DNA of 64,000 bases from Dehalococcoidia bacterium (lineage in GTDB: Bacteria; Chloroflexota; Dehalococcoidia; Lucifugimonadales; UBA3495): positions 3,686,761 through 3,750,760 of the forward strand of contig CBDBBS010000002.1 of assembly GCA_965203005.1 (NCBI GenBank). The letters are read 5' to 3'. The notes beneath the pieces were generated by a model. That model was not told the DNA's origin. It ran no database searches and saw only the letters and a program-made list of their open reading frames with translations. The position numbers were made by a program, and so were the translations under genes. Each line of letters opens with the position of its first letter. The stretch's first letter is position 1. Positions 1 to 8,709 of the stretch are shown piece after piece.

Positions 1-1342
1 GCAGCTCTTCGACCCAGTGCGGCACCGAACCCGTGTGATGGGTCGCGTTGGTGAATTCCTTGCTGGCCAGCATGCTCCGCAGCAGTTCCACGTTATTCTT
101 TACGCCCTCCAGCCGCAATTCCAGCAGGGCCCGCTGGAGGGTGCGGATGGCCCGTTCCCGGTCCTCGCCCCAGGCCATCACCTTGGCCAACAGCGGCTCG
201 TAGTCTAACCCAACGGTGTAGCCATCGCAAAGGGCCGTGTCGATTCGCACGTTGTCCACCGTTGGCAGGTGGAGATCCGTTATCTCGCCGGCATCCGGCA
301 GGAAGGTCTCCGGGTCTTCGGGATAGACGCGGACCTCGATGGCGTGGCCGTTTTGAACGATGTCATCCTGGGATACCGGCAGCATCTCGCCCGCCGCCAC
401 CCGCAGTTGCAGTTCCACCAGGTCCACGCCGGTGATCATCTCGGAGACTCCATGCTCCACCTGGAGCCGTGTGTTCATCTCGAGGAAATAGACGCTGCCG
501 TCCCTGGACACGAGGAACTCGACTGTGCCAGCGTTGTTGTATCCGATGCGCTCGCCCAGCGTAACGGCCAGGTTTGCCAGCCTCCGCCGCAAATCGGCGG
601 CCAGCTTGCTGGATGCGGGCGTCTCCTCGATCAGTTTCTGGTTGCGGCGCTGCGCCGAGCAGTCCCGCTCGAACAGGTGGACCAGGTTGCCGTGATTGTC
701 CCCCATGAGCTGGACTTCGATGTGGGAGGCGTCCTTGAGGTACCGCTCGAAGTACAGTCGGCCGCTGCCGAACGCTCCCGACGCGACCTGCTGGGCGCGT
801 TCGATCAGGGGAGCCAGTTCCTCAGGTGTCATCACGACGTGGATGCCGATGCCGCCGCCGCCCTCGGCCGCCTTGACCATCAAGGGGAAACCGAGGTTCC
901 ACGCAGCCTGGGCCGCCTCCTCGTTGGGAACGGCGTCATCGGTTCCCGGCAGCAGGGGGAGTCCCGCCTGCCTCGCCAAGCGGCGGGCAAATACCTTGTC
1001 CCCCATCTGCTCCATCACCTCGGGCCGGGGACCGATGAAGACGATACCCGCCTCCTCGCACTGCCGGGCGAAGCGGGGGTTTTCCGAGAGGAAGCCGTAG
1101 CCGGGATGGATGGCCTCTGCGCCAGTGCGCCGCGCCGCGTCCAGGATCTTTTCGATGTTCAGGTAGCTGTCGTGCGGCGCTGCCCTGCCCAGGAGGACGG
1201 CCTCATCTGCCTGTTGCACCGGCAAGGAACCGGCGTCAACGTCGGAGTAGACCGCCACGGTTTCCACTCCAAGGCGCCGACAGGTGCGGATCACCCGGCA
1301 GGCGATCTCGCCCCGGTTCGCTATCAGTATCCTGGAAAACAT
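1..1342 (-). CDS. biotin carboxylase (ATP-grasp) subunit/domain of a biotin-dependent carboxylase; 3' end lies outside the window
   Basis: Absent from the ORF track because it runs off the window edge. Reverse translation from ATG at 1342 gives MFSRILIANRGEIACR..., later IHPGYGFLSENPRFA and SVYFLEMNTRLQVEH, which are canonical biotin carboxylase motifs. The 269..1390 + ORF is its antisense shadow. Confidence 0.9.
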   Translation of the reverse strand, partial: MFSRILIANRGEIACRVIRTCRRLGVETVAVYSDVDAGSLPVQQADEAVLLGRAAPHDSYLNIEKILDAARRTGAEAIHPGYGFLSENPRFARQCEEAGIVFIGPRPEVMEQMGDKVFARRLARQAGLPLLPGTDDAVPNEEAAQAAWNLGFPLMVKAAEGGGGIGIHVVMTPEELAPLIERAQQVASGAFGSGRLYFERYLKDASHIEVQLMGDNHGNLVHLFERDCSAQRRNQKLIEETPASSKLAADLRRRLANLAVTLGERIGYNNAGTVEFLVSRDGSVYFLEMNTRLQVEHGVSEMITGVDLVELQLRVAAGEMLPVSQDDIVQNGHAIEVRVYPEDPETFLPDAGEITDLHLPTVDNVRIDTALCDGYTVGLDYEPLLAKVMAWGEDRERAIRTLQRALLELRLEGVKNNVELLRSMLASKEFTNATHHTGSVPHWVEEL

Positions 1343-1428
1343 TGGCACATCCCCCCAGTATTGCCGCCTAGAATTCCGAAATTACTGTGACTTGAGCCAA
1401 TACCGGCAAAATTGCAGGGAATAATATC

Positions 1429-1453
1429 AGCAATGCAAAGGCTCCGCATTGCT
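1429..1453 (-). terminator. putative stem-loop downstream of recO
   Basis: 8-bp inverted repeat AGCAATGC / GCATTGCT with a 9-nt loop, 33 nt after the recO stop, with A/T-rich flanks. Confidence 0.35.
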
Positions 1454-1485
1454 TTTGACCAGCGGATTTGTCGCGATCGCCGCCG

Positions 1486-2271
1486 CTATGTGGCTGTATC
1501 TACGCGAAGCCGTTCGAGGAACGCATTTGACCGCAGTTCCCGGCCCAGCCAGTATCGCACGGCCCCCGACAGGACGGATTTCAATTCCAGGGAGAGAGAC
1601 GCGTTCAGCCCAAGAGCGGAGACCTCGGCGAGGCCGCCCCGGTGCATCAGGCGGAGCACCTTCATGGCCCGCAGCGACAGCGGCCTGACCTGCGCCTCCA
1701 GGGGCCGGCAGTCAGGACAGAGCACGCCGCCGAGATTGACACTGAACCGATGGGAGTCGGGTTCAACCTCCTTGCGGCATTCCACGCAGTTGTAGAGTTC
1801 CGGCAGCATGCCGGTGAGCCGCAGCAGGTGAAATTCAAAGTACCGCAGCGGCGATTCCGGCTCCGCCGCCAAGGGCAGCGCCCGCAGCACGTTGACCGCC
1901 AGCCGGAACAGGGCAGGAGACGGGCTGTCCTCCGGGCCGAAGCCGTCCAGCAGCTCGACCACGTATAGCCCGCGGGTCATTGTGTCCAGGTCGGCCTTGA
2001 CGGACGCGAACCCGTCGAGGACCTCGGCCTGCGAGACGATGTCCAGCTCCCGCCCTCGGGCCATGGACATTCGGCTGAGCGTGAGCGGCTCCAGGTGGCC
2101 CACCAGCCTGCTGCTGGACCGCCGGGCGCCCTTTCCCACGGCTCGGACCTTGCCGTGCTCTGCGGTGAACACCGTCACCACCAGGTCGGCCTCGCCGATG
2201 GAGGCTTTCCGCAGCGTCAGGCCCTCGCAGCGGTAGGTGCGCCCCCGTTCCGCTCCGCCAGCCAGGGTCAT
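1486..2271 (-). CDS. recO: DNA repair protein RecO
   Basis: 261-aa ORF with an OB-fold-like N-terminus, a C-terminal zinc motif CVECRKEV...CPDC, and a position directly after recR. Confidence 0.85.
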   Translation of the reverse strand: MTLAGGAERGRTYRCEGLTLRKASIGEADLVVTVFTAEHGKVRAVGKGARRSSSRLVGHLEPLTLSRMSMARGRELDIVSQAEVLDGFASVKADLDTMTRGLYVVELLDGFGPEDSPSPALFRLAVNVLRALPLAAEPESPLRYFEFHLLRLTGMLPELYNCVECRKEVEPDSHRFSVNLGGVLCPDCRPLEAQVRPLSLRAMKVLRLMHRGGLAEVSALGLNASLSLELKSVLSGAVRYWLGRELRSNAFLERLRVDTAT

Positions 2272-2274
2272 GCG

Positions 2275-2889
2275 CTACAGCTCCTGCCGCCCCTGGAAGG
2301 CGCGAATCAGCGTGTTTTCGTCGGTGTGTTCCAGCGATCCGCCGACCGGGAGGCCCCGGGCAAGGCGGGTCACCCGCAGGTCGTCGCGCCCCAATTGCCT
2401 CTGGATGTACATTGCGGTGGCCTCTCCCTCCATGGTGGGGTTAGTGGCCACCACAAGCTCGGAAATCTCAGGGTCTGCCAGCCGTTCCAGCAACTCCCTC
2501 AGCTTGAGCTGGTCGGGCCCGATGCCGTTGATGGGTGAGATGACGCCGTGCAGCACGTGGTACAGCCCTCGGTAGCTGCGGGTGCGCTCCAGGGCCAGCA
2601 CGTCCAGCGGTTCCTCGACAACGCAGATGACCGAACGGGCGCGCCGGTGGTCGCCGCAGATCTGGCATGGGGTTGACTCGGCCAGGTTCTGACACTCGCC
2701 GCAATACACCGTGTTCTGCTTGACCGCCGTCACCGCCTCGGCCAGGGCGTAGGCCTCCTCGTCCGGCAGACGGATGATGTGGTAGGCCAGGCGCTGGGCG
2801 CTCTTGGGGCCGATGCCCGGCAGCCGGTTTAGCTCCTGCACCAGCCTGGCCAGGGAAGGGAATGCGGAAGGGAGGTTATCTGGGGTCAT
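2275..2889 (-). CDS. recR: recombination protein RecR
   Basis: HhH motif LPGIGPKSAQRLAYH, C4 zinc finger CGECQN...CQIC, and a Toprim segment VCVVEEPLDVLALE. Confidence 0.95.
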   Translation of the reverse strand: MTPDNLPSAFPSLARLVQELNRLPGIGPKSAQRLAYHIIRLPDEEAYALAEAVTAVKQNTVYCGECQNLAESTPCQICGDHRRARSVICVVEEPLDVLALERTRSYRGLYHVLHGVISPINGIGPDQLKLRELLERLADPEISELVVATNPTMEGEATAMYIQRQLGRDDLRVTRLARGLPVGGSLEHTDENTLIRAFQGRQEL

Positions 2890-3299
2890 CAGATGGCCCG
2901 CTGGAATCGGCGCAAGATTTCGTTATCGTAGGTCTTAAGGGCGATACCCAGCTCCTCGGCGAGAGCGGCAATAATCGAGTCTGCGTCCCTTAGCGCATTT
3001 CCTTCGGCCAGTCTCAACGCTGCCTCCATACGCTCCCGGTTCAGAGGGTAGAATACTAACTTTTGCTGACGTTCCCACTGATAGATAGTAGCAAAAGCAT
3101 CGTTTATTGTGGTTTGCGAACTTTGTCCAAGTCTGCGCCGGATGGCGGAGATTGTCTCAACCATTACCAGCATCGGCAAGTGGAGTTTGCGGCCACCGCT
3201 ATCCAAATCGGCAAAGAATTCCCTCGCCGATTGGTGGAACACGTCAGATTCGAGAAAGTAGGCCACCAACAGGCTGGAATCCGCGACTACGTCCTCCAT
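2889..3299 (-). CDS. PIN-domain ribonuclease (VapC-like toxin)
   Basis: 136 aa. N-terminal acidic PIN start VVADSSLLVAYFLESD, a later D in RDADSIIAALA, and the size typical of VapC. The stop overlaps the recR start (TGATG). The stretch is A/T-richer than its flanks. Confidence 0.7.
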   Translation of the reverse strand: MEDVVADSSLLVAYFLESDVFHQSAREFFADLDSGGRKLHLPMLVMVETISAIRRRLGQSSQTTINDAFATIYQWERQQKLVFYPLNRERMEAALRLAEGNALRDADSIIAALAEELGIALKTYDNEILRRFQRAI

Positions 3300-3363
3300 G
3301 AAAATCAGTTCCGACGGGGGTTCCGCAGCGGTATCGATTCCGGTTGGGGAAGATATTCCCTAA

Positions 3364-3639
3364 TCAAGACGATGCTATTTGAATATTGTCGGCAACCTCG
3401 CCACTTCTCGATTGATAGGCGTCCCGGATTGCAGGCAAGTCTTCTTGCTCATAATTTTCAAGAGTTCGCTCTCCTCCATCGCTACCCCGCCCATCCAGCC
3501 AATTCTTGAATTGTTTCAGTGTGCCCGGTTCTACGAGCATCCAGCTCGCACAGTAATGCTCTTCCGAGAATTGGCGCCACAGGTAGACCAATTCCAAGTC
3601 GCTCAACATTCGATTTGCTCCCTGAGAGGGTGTTTCCAA
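3364..3639 (-). CDS. hypothetical 91-aa protein upstream of the PIN gene
   Basis: The only sizeable ORF between ybaB and the PIN gene on the operon strand. No recognisable motif. A/T-richer like the PIN gene. Confidence 0.4.
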   Translation of the reverse strand: METPSQGANRMLSDLELVYLWRQFSEEHYCASWMLVEPGTLKQFKNWLDGRGSDGGERTLENYEQEDLPAIRDAYQSRSGEVADNIQIASS

Positions 3640-3658
3640 AACGCTCGCCGGAACGCCT

Positions 3659-3735
3659 TCATCCTGAGCTCGTCGAAGGATGGCGGGTTGTTAGACTATC
3701 AGGCACCCGCCCTTCTTCGACAAGCTCAGGATGAG
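3659..3735. repeat. repeat family C (CCTGAGCTTGTCGAAGG core), inverted pair
   Basis: CATCCTGAGCTCGTCGAAGGATGG ... CCTTCTTCGACAAGCTCAGGATGAG form a long imperfect hairpin between ybaB and the 91-aa ORF. The core recurs at 5771, 22644, 23836, 27849 and 37953. Confidence 0.8.
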
Positions 3736-3758
3736 CGGTTGGGCTTTGGAAACGTCCT

Positions 3759-4058
3759 CTACGTCAACCCGGGGATGTTCATCCCTCCGGTGATGACGCT
3801 CATCTTGCTGGCGGCCATCTCCTGGGCCTTGGTGGCTGCGTCGTTGAAAGCGCCGACCAGCATGTCCTGCAACAGCTCCAGGTCTTCGGCGGCTTCCGGC
3901 TCGATTTCTACTGACTCAACGGCCTGCTTGCCGGTCATCACGATCCTGACCGCGCCGCCGCCTGCGGTCCCGGTAACGGTGAGCGTCTCCAGTTCCTCCT
4001 GGATCTTCTGCAGCTGGGCCAGTTGCCGCTGGGCCTGGCGCATCATGTTGCGGTTCAT
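3759..4058 (-). CDS. ybaB: nucleoid-associated protein YbaB/EbfC
   Basis: 99 aa: MNRNMMRQAQRQLAQLQKIQEEL...GGGAVRIVMTGKQ...AFNDAATKAQE. Classic position after dnaX, with an ATGA overlap. Confidence 0.9.
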   Translation of the reverse strand: MNRNMMRQAQRQLAQLQKIQEELETLTVTGTAGGGAVRIVMTGKQAVESVEIEPEAAEDLELLQDMLVGAFNDAATKAQEMAASKMSVITGGMNIPGLT

Positions 4059-5749
4059 TCGTCCTCGTCCCTAACTTGGATTATTTTGGCGCCCATGCCC
4101 TGGGCGGCGCGGACTAGGGAGCTCTGCTGGGCCGGGTTGGTGGCAGACCCCCCGGACTGCTGTCCGTTCGCCAGGGTTAGCTGGTAATCGCAACCCTCTC
4201 CAAAGGACTGCGTCAGCGCTTCGGTGAGACGCTTGCGGGAGACTGGGTCCTCCAGTTCCTCCTGCATTCGCTCCAGATTGGCCTTGTTCGTGAACGGCAG
4301 TACCAGGGTCTTGTCGTCCAGCGATATGCTGTTGACCTTGCAGTCTCGCAGGAGGGCCCCCAGGTTGTATTTTCTGCCCTTGTGCCGGGAAAGCGCCTTG
4401 ACGGTGTTGTTCCACTGTACCCAGAGATCGTTTGACTCGCCGCCGGTTCGTCCGCTCCCGTCTCCTCTTTGACCCGGGGCCGGGGGCGCCGTCGGCTGGC
4501 TGCGCGCGCCTGCGGAAGCCGGAGCAGGACGTTCACGCTGTGGTGGACGCTCGGGCTGCCGTTCCCGGGGCGGGGGAGCAGGCCGGGGCGCCTGCGACGC
4601 GGGAGCCTGCCGGGCCGTATTGGCCGCGGGGGCCGGCATTGGCGGAGGCGCCTCCGCCACCGGAGCGGGCGCCGCCGATTCCTCGCAGATCTCAACCACG
4701 GCCAGCTCCAGGGGCAGCGTCGACGGCGCGTCATAGCGCATGTTGACCGCTCCCCAAACTTTCAGCGCGTGGACGATCCGCCACGGCGGTTGCTTGCCAA
4801 CCAGCTCCCTGAGCTGAGACTGCACGTGCTCGGGCAGGTCCACGGCGTCTTCAGACCCCCACTGGAGGTGCATGAATCCGCGCAGCAGGTCGCTGGCCTG
4901 CCGGTGCAACTGCCTCAGATCGCTGCCCTCCCAGGCCGCCTGGTTCACAGCAGTCAGCGAGGCAGTGGTGTTGCCCAAGAGCAGGTACTTGACCAGTTCC
5001 AGGGCGGTCTCGTCGCTGCCCAGGCCCAGCAGTTTCTCCACCTGCTGGGCGGTCACCCCGTCGGGGCAGGACACGACCAGTTGCTCCAGCAGGTTCTCGG
5101 CGTCGCGCAAGCTGCCGGAAGCGTACCGTGCCACCATGCGCAAAGCCGCCGGCTCCACCGTGACGCCCTCGGCCTCGGCGATTTCCGCGAGCCGCCCGAA
5201 CACGGTCTCGGAGGGAATGCGGCGGAAATCCAGTCGCTGGCAACGGGAAATGATGGTAGGCAGTATCCGGTGTGCCTCGGTGGTGCAGAGCACGAAGATC
5301 ACATGCTCCGGCGGCTCCTCCAGTGTCTTCAGGAAAGCATTGGAGGCCGCGTCGGTGAGCATGTGGGCCTCATCGATGATATACACCTTGCGGCGGCCCT
5401 GGGCCGGCGCAAAGTTCACCTTGTCGCGAATGTCGCGTATCTCGTCGATGCCCCGGTTGCTGGCCGCGTCCAGCTCGATGATGTCCATGAAACGGCCATC
5501 GCTGATGGCCTGGCACACGTCGCAGGTGTTGCAGGGGTCGCCATCCTGCAAGTCCAGGCAGTTGGCGGCCTTGGCGATGATGCGGGCGGTGGTGGTCTTG
5601 CCGCATCCTCTTGGACCGCAGAAAAGGTAGGAGTGCGAGATGCGCCCCAGGCGCACCGACTGGCGCAACGTGGTCGACACGTGTTCCTGGCCGGCCAGCT
5701 CGCTGAAGCTGGAGGGACGCCACTTGCGATAGTAGACCTGCGACGTCAT
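4055..5749 (-). CDS. dnaX: DNA polymerase III subunit gamma/tau
   Basis: Walker A GPRGCGKTT, Walker B YIIDEAHML, sensor TIISRCQRLDF, then a Pro/Ala-rich linker and a C-terminal domain. Confidence 0.95.
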   Translation of the reverse strand: MTSQVYYRKWRPSSFSELAGQEHVSTTLRQSVRLGRISHSYLFCGPRGCGKTTTARIIAKAANCLDLQDGDPCNTCDVCQAISDGRFMDIIELDAASNRGIDEIRDIRDKVNFAPAQGRRKVYIIDEAHMLTDAASNAFLKTLEEPPEHVIFVLCTTEAHRILPTIISRCQRLDFRRIPSETVFGRLAEIAEAEGVTVEPAALRMVARYASGSLRDAENLLEQLVVSCPDGVTAQQVEKLLGLGSDETALELVKYLLLGNTTASLTAVNQAAWEGSDLRQLHRQASDLLRGFMHLQWGSEDAVDLPEHVQSQLRELVGKQPPWRIVHALKVWGAVNMRYDAPSTLPLELAVVEICEESAAPAPVAEAPPPMPAPAANTARQAPASQAPRPAPPPRERQPERPPQRERPAPASAGARSQPTAPPAPGQRGDGSGRTGGESNDLWVQWNNTVKALSRHKGRKYNLGALLRDCKVNSISLDDKTLVLPFTNKANLERMQEELEDPVSRKRLTEALTQSFGEGCDYQLTLANGQQSGGSATNPAQQSSLVRAAQGMGAKIIQVRDEDE

Positions 5750-5758
5750 GGCGATGGA

Positions 5759-6343
5759 CTACTCCCGTTCGTCCCGAGCCTGTCGGTTCATCCTGAGCCT
5801 GTCGATCATCCTGAGCTTGTCGAAGGACAGCGATTCCAGCGCCTCGCGTTCCAGCGCCTGCATCCGGGCGGTATCATCCGGCCCCAGATGGTCGTATCCG
5901 ATCAGGTGGAGCGCCCCGTGTACCACCAGGTGGGCCAACTCCCGCTCCGGGCTGACACCGTGCTCGACGGCCTGCCGCTGCGCCTGGGGCCACGAGACGA
6001 TTATTTCGCCCAGAGGCTGGGGTATGCCGGGCGGCAGCACGAACTCGGCGTGATCCGGGGTCTCCGGCGGCCCGTCGCCGTCTCCCTCCCAGTGCCCCGG
6101 GTGGCTGGCGGAGAATGAGAGCACGTCGGTCGTATCGTCCAGCCCCCGGTACTCGGCGTTCAGGGCACGGACGGTCTCGTCGCCGGTGATCAGCAGGCTG
6201 ACCTCGGCATCCCCGTCGATGCCTGCTGCCAGCAGTCCTGCCTGTACAGCGCTTTCGAGCCAGTCGGCATCCAGCTCGTCGCCGAACGGCTCATCCAGGG
6301 AAACAAAAACGTGCAGTCCGGACAGGTTGAGCAAGGGAAACAT
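5759..6343 (-). CDS. ybeY: rRNA maturation endoribonuclease YbeY
   Basis: LNAEYRGLDDTTDVLSF and the metal motif HLVVHGALHLIGYDH. The track start at 6406 is a TTG. ATG at 6343 (MFPLLNLSG...) gives the usual length. The last ~20 codons are repeat-derived. Confidence 0.8.
   Translation of the reverse strand: MFPLLNLSGLHVFVSLDEPFGDELDADWLESAVQAGLLAAGIDGDAEVSLLITGDETVRALNAEYRGLDDTTDVLSFSASHPGHWEGDGDGPPETPDHAEFVLPPGIPQPLGEIIVSWPQAQRQAVEHGVSPERELAHLVVHGALHLIGYDHLGPDDTARMQALEREALESLSFDKLRMIDRLRMNRQARDERE
5771..5829. repeat. repeat family C, three tandem degenerate copies inside the ybeY 3' end
   Basis: CCCGAGCCTGTCGG / TCATCCTGAGCCTGTCGA / TCATCCTGAGCTTGTCGAAGGA. These encode the tail ...SFDKLRMIDRLRMNRQARDERE. 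Confidence 0.7.
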
Positions 6344-6430
6344 CTCAATGGTGAGTAGGGGAGCAGGCGGCCCGCCGTTCGGTGGAGCGCCTCTATCATA
6401 ATCCAAAGGCTGGAGTCATTCCAGCACTGA

Positions 6431-7039
6431 TTAGCAGCCTGAGTCATCCTCCACCGGACGGCGGCGGTGACGAAATATGTCGGCCAGCGGGATGGTCAGG
6501 TCAGGGAGCAACGGAGTGGTCAGAGTGTCGTCGGCGGTCAGGACTGCCCGCTCGACGTACTCGCCATCCTGCAGCTCCAGCAAAGTGTCAGTGTCGATAC
6601 GCGGGTCAAAAATCCAGTACTCTGGAACACTCGCAGCTGCATAGGCCTGCCGCTTGCGCACCAAGTCACGGTTGCGGTCGGAGGAGAGGACTTCCACGAC
6701 TATGTCCGGAGAACCCTCCACCCTGCGGTCATTTACCTCCACAGGGTTGTTCCTAAGAACGATGGACAGGTCCGGCGCGAAAAGAACCCGGCGTTCCAGG
6801 GACAGCGCCACGACGAAGTCCGTCATCAGTTTCGCAGGCGGCACGTCGAAACTGTCAAGGTATTGGTCGATGGGGTAAGCCAGCCTGCGTTGAAAGAACC
6901 CGTGAACTCTCCTGGGTCGGGGCATAATGTACAGGACTCCCTCATCCAACTCCATCTTCCGCCGGTCGTCGGTGTCGGGCAGTTCCATGAACTCCTCGAC
7001 CGTGAGCTTCATCCCGGAGCGCGGTTTCAGCATCGTCAT
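6431..7039 (-). CDS. Uma2 (DUF820) family restriction-endonuclease-like protein
   Basis: 202 aa with ...MELDEGVLYIMPRP...SPDIVVEVLSSDRNRDLVRKRQAYAAASVPEYWIFDP..., the typical Uma2 PD-(D/E)xK core. Confidence 0.75.
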   Translation of the reverse strand: MTMLKPRSGMKLTVEEFMELPDTDDRRKMELDEGVLYIMPRPRRVHGFFQRRLAYPIDQYLDSFDVPPAKLMTDFVVALSLERRVLFAPDLSIVLRNNPVEVNDRRVEGSPDIVVEVLSSDRNRDLVRKRQAYAAASVPEYWIFDPRIDTDTLLELQDGEYVERAVLTADDTLTTPLLPDLTIPLADIFRHRRRPVEDDSGC

Positions 7040-7164
7040 CGCAGTTAACCTCCGCTGTCAGCACATTATAAGACTCCGATGCCATCGACTGCTTCCTTCT
7101 GATGTCGTGTTACAGAGCAACACACTTTGGTATCATCTGTTAAACCGGAATGAGACAGGAGTAA

Positions 7165-8184
7165 ATGATGCGTGGAGTCACGTTCAAGGGCAACCGTGAG
7201 GCCGAGATCAGGGAGTTCCCCGACCCTCACGCCGGACCGGGCGAGGCGGTCCTGCGGATCATGGCCTCCGGTCTGTGCGGCACCGACCTGCACCGCTACC
7301 GAGGTGGGGAACCGACGGAAATGATCACGGGCCACGAGCCATGCGGCGTCATCGAGGAACTGGGGCCGGGCGCGCCTCCGGGTCTCAAGCTGGGCGACCG
7401 GGTGATGTGCCACCACTACGAGGGCTGCGGCGTCTGCGAAATCTGCTCCATGGGCTACGAGCAGCTATGCCCCGTCGGGCACGTGACTTTCGGCGGCGGC
7501 ACTGGCCACGGCGCCAACGCCGACTACATGATCTGCCCGTCCCGCACTTTGGTTCACCTGCCCGGCGAGTTGTCGTTCGAGGAGGGCGCGGCTATATCGT
7601 GCGGCACCGGCACCGCCTGGAATGGGCTGAACAAGATGGACGTCAACGGCAAGGACATGGTGGCCGTGTTCGGGCAGGGCCCGGTGGGCCTGAGCGGCAC
7701 GCTGTCGGCCAAGGCCATGGGCGCTCGCGTCATCGCCATCGACGTGATGGACGAGCGGCTGCGGCTGGCCACGGAACTGGGTGCAGACCACACCATCAAC
7801 GCCGCCAGCAACGACGTGGCGCAAGCCATCCTGGACCTCACCGGCGGCCAGGGAGCCAGCGCATCGCTGGAGACATCTGGCAACCCCACGGCACGCCAGC
7901 AGACCCTTTCTTGCCTGCGGCCATTCGGCCGGGCCTGTTATGTCGGAATTGGCGGTCCGGCGGAGATTGATTTCAACCGCGACGTGATATTCAAGGTGCT
8001 GACAGTATTCGGATCGTGGACGTTCAGCAAAGCCGAACTCATCGAGATTGCCCGGTTCTTTGTGGACACCAAGGCGCCACTGGACCGGCTGATCACCCAC
8101 CGCTACAGCCTGGACCAGGCCATCGAGGCGTTCCAGACTTTCGACGGCGCCACCACTGGCAAGTGCGTGTTCGTGTTCGATTAG
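7165..8184 (+). CDS. zinc-dependent alcohol/polyol dehydrogenase (MDR family)
   Basis: GLCGTDLH and GHEPCGVIEE zinc ligands, structural-zinc CGVCEIC, and Rossmann GQGPVGL. Confidence 0.9.
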   Translation: MMRGVTFKGNREAEIREFPDPHAGPGEAVLRIMASGLCGTDLHRYRGGEPTEMITGHEPCGVIEELGPGAPPGLKLGDRVMCHHYEGCGVCEICSMGYEQLCPVGHVTFGGGTGHGANADYMICPSRTLVHLPGELSFEEGAAISCGTGTAWNGLNKMDVNGKDMVAVFGQGPVGLSGTLSAKAMGARVIAIDVMDERLRLATELGADHTINAASNDVAQAILDLTGGQGASASLETSGNPTARQQTLSCLRPFGRACYVGIGGPAEIDFNRDVIFKVLTVFGSWTFSKAELIEIARFFVDTKAPLDRLITHRYSLDQAIEAFQTFDGATTGKCVFVFD

Positions 8185-8191
8185 GGGTTTT

Positions 8192-8252
8192 AACCACAGA
8201 GAACACGGAGCGCACAGAGTTATTCTCTATTACCTCTGTGTTCTCTGTGGTT
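8192..8252. repeat. repeat family D (ACAGAG/GCAGAG units), palindromic
   Basis: AACCACAGAGAACACGGAG ... CTCTGTGTTCTCTGTGGTT form a 19-bp stem with one mismatch between two convergent genes. It probably acts as a bidirectional terminator. Confidence 0.8.
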
Positions 8253-8709
8253 AGCTTTTCCAGACTTGTCTGTGAAACTCCCCGCCCTCCAGCCTTGAGA
8301 ATACGACGCTCTCAATTGCGATGGCGAAGCAATGGAATTCCGGCTCCTCGGGCCGGAAACCTATGGCTTCGTACACGGCGTCGGCGAACCGGCGGCGCTC
8401 CTCGAGGTCCGTAACCTCCACCGCCCTGCCATAGACCTTGAACTCGCCCTCGGTGCCGCTGCGGTCGGACACGGTGCTATGCACCACGCAGCGAGGGTCG
8501 CGCCGCAGGTCCAGGGCCTTTACCGACCGCCACATCATGCCCAGGTACAGCTGTCCATCGACGATGAACGGCTCAACCGGCGAGATGCGCGGCCATCCGT
8601 CGCGCCGGAGTGTCCCGACCAGCGCGAGCCCGGTGCGGGCGAACTGCGCCTCCCCCAGCGCCGCCAGCTCGGGGTTTGACGCCGCGAATTCTCCCCAGGT
8701 GGTGGTCAT
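8251..8709 (-). CDS. pyridoxamine 5'-phosphate oxidase (PPOX)-class, probably F420/FMN-binding split-barrel protein
   Basis: 152 aa. ...GTLRRDGWPRISPVEPFIVDGQLYLGMMWRSVKALDLRRDPR... is the pattern of the PPOX class. ATGA overlap with the Fic stop. Confidence 0.55.
   Translation of the reverse strand: MTTTWGEFAASNPELAALGEAQFARTGLALVGTLRRDGWPRISPVEPFIVDGQLYLGMMWRSVKALDLRRDPRCVVHSTVSDRSGTEGEFKVYGRAVEVTDLEERRRFADAVYEAIGFRPEEPEFHCFAIAIESVVFSRLEGGEFHRQVWKS

Noticed and set aside
269-1390. 373-aa plus-strand ORF covering the start of the window
   Set aside because: This is the antisense shadow of the biotin carboxylase gene. Its Arg/Gly/Ala/Pro/His-rich composition is typical of non-coding frames in high-GC DNA. 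The minus strand gives textbook biotin carboxylase motifs.
4055-5749. Programmed frameshift site in dnaX (gamma/tau)
   Set aside because: I found no A-AAA-AAG-type slippery heptamer with a downstream hairpin in the linker region. The gene appears to encode a single product.
4469-6118. 549-aa plus-strand ORF
   Set aside because: It lies opposite dnaX and ybeY, whose minus-strand products carry Walker A/B and HGxLHLxGYDH motifs. The plus-strand translation is low-complexity Arg/Gly/Leu.
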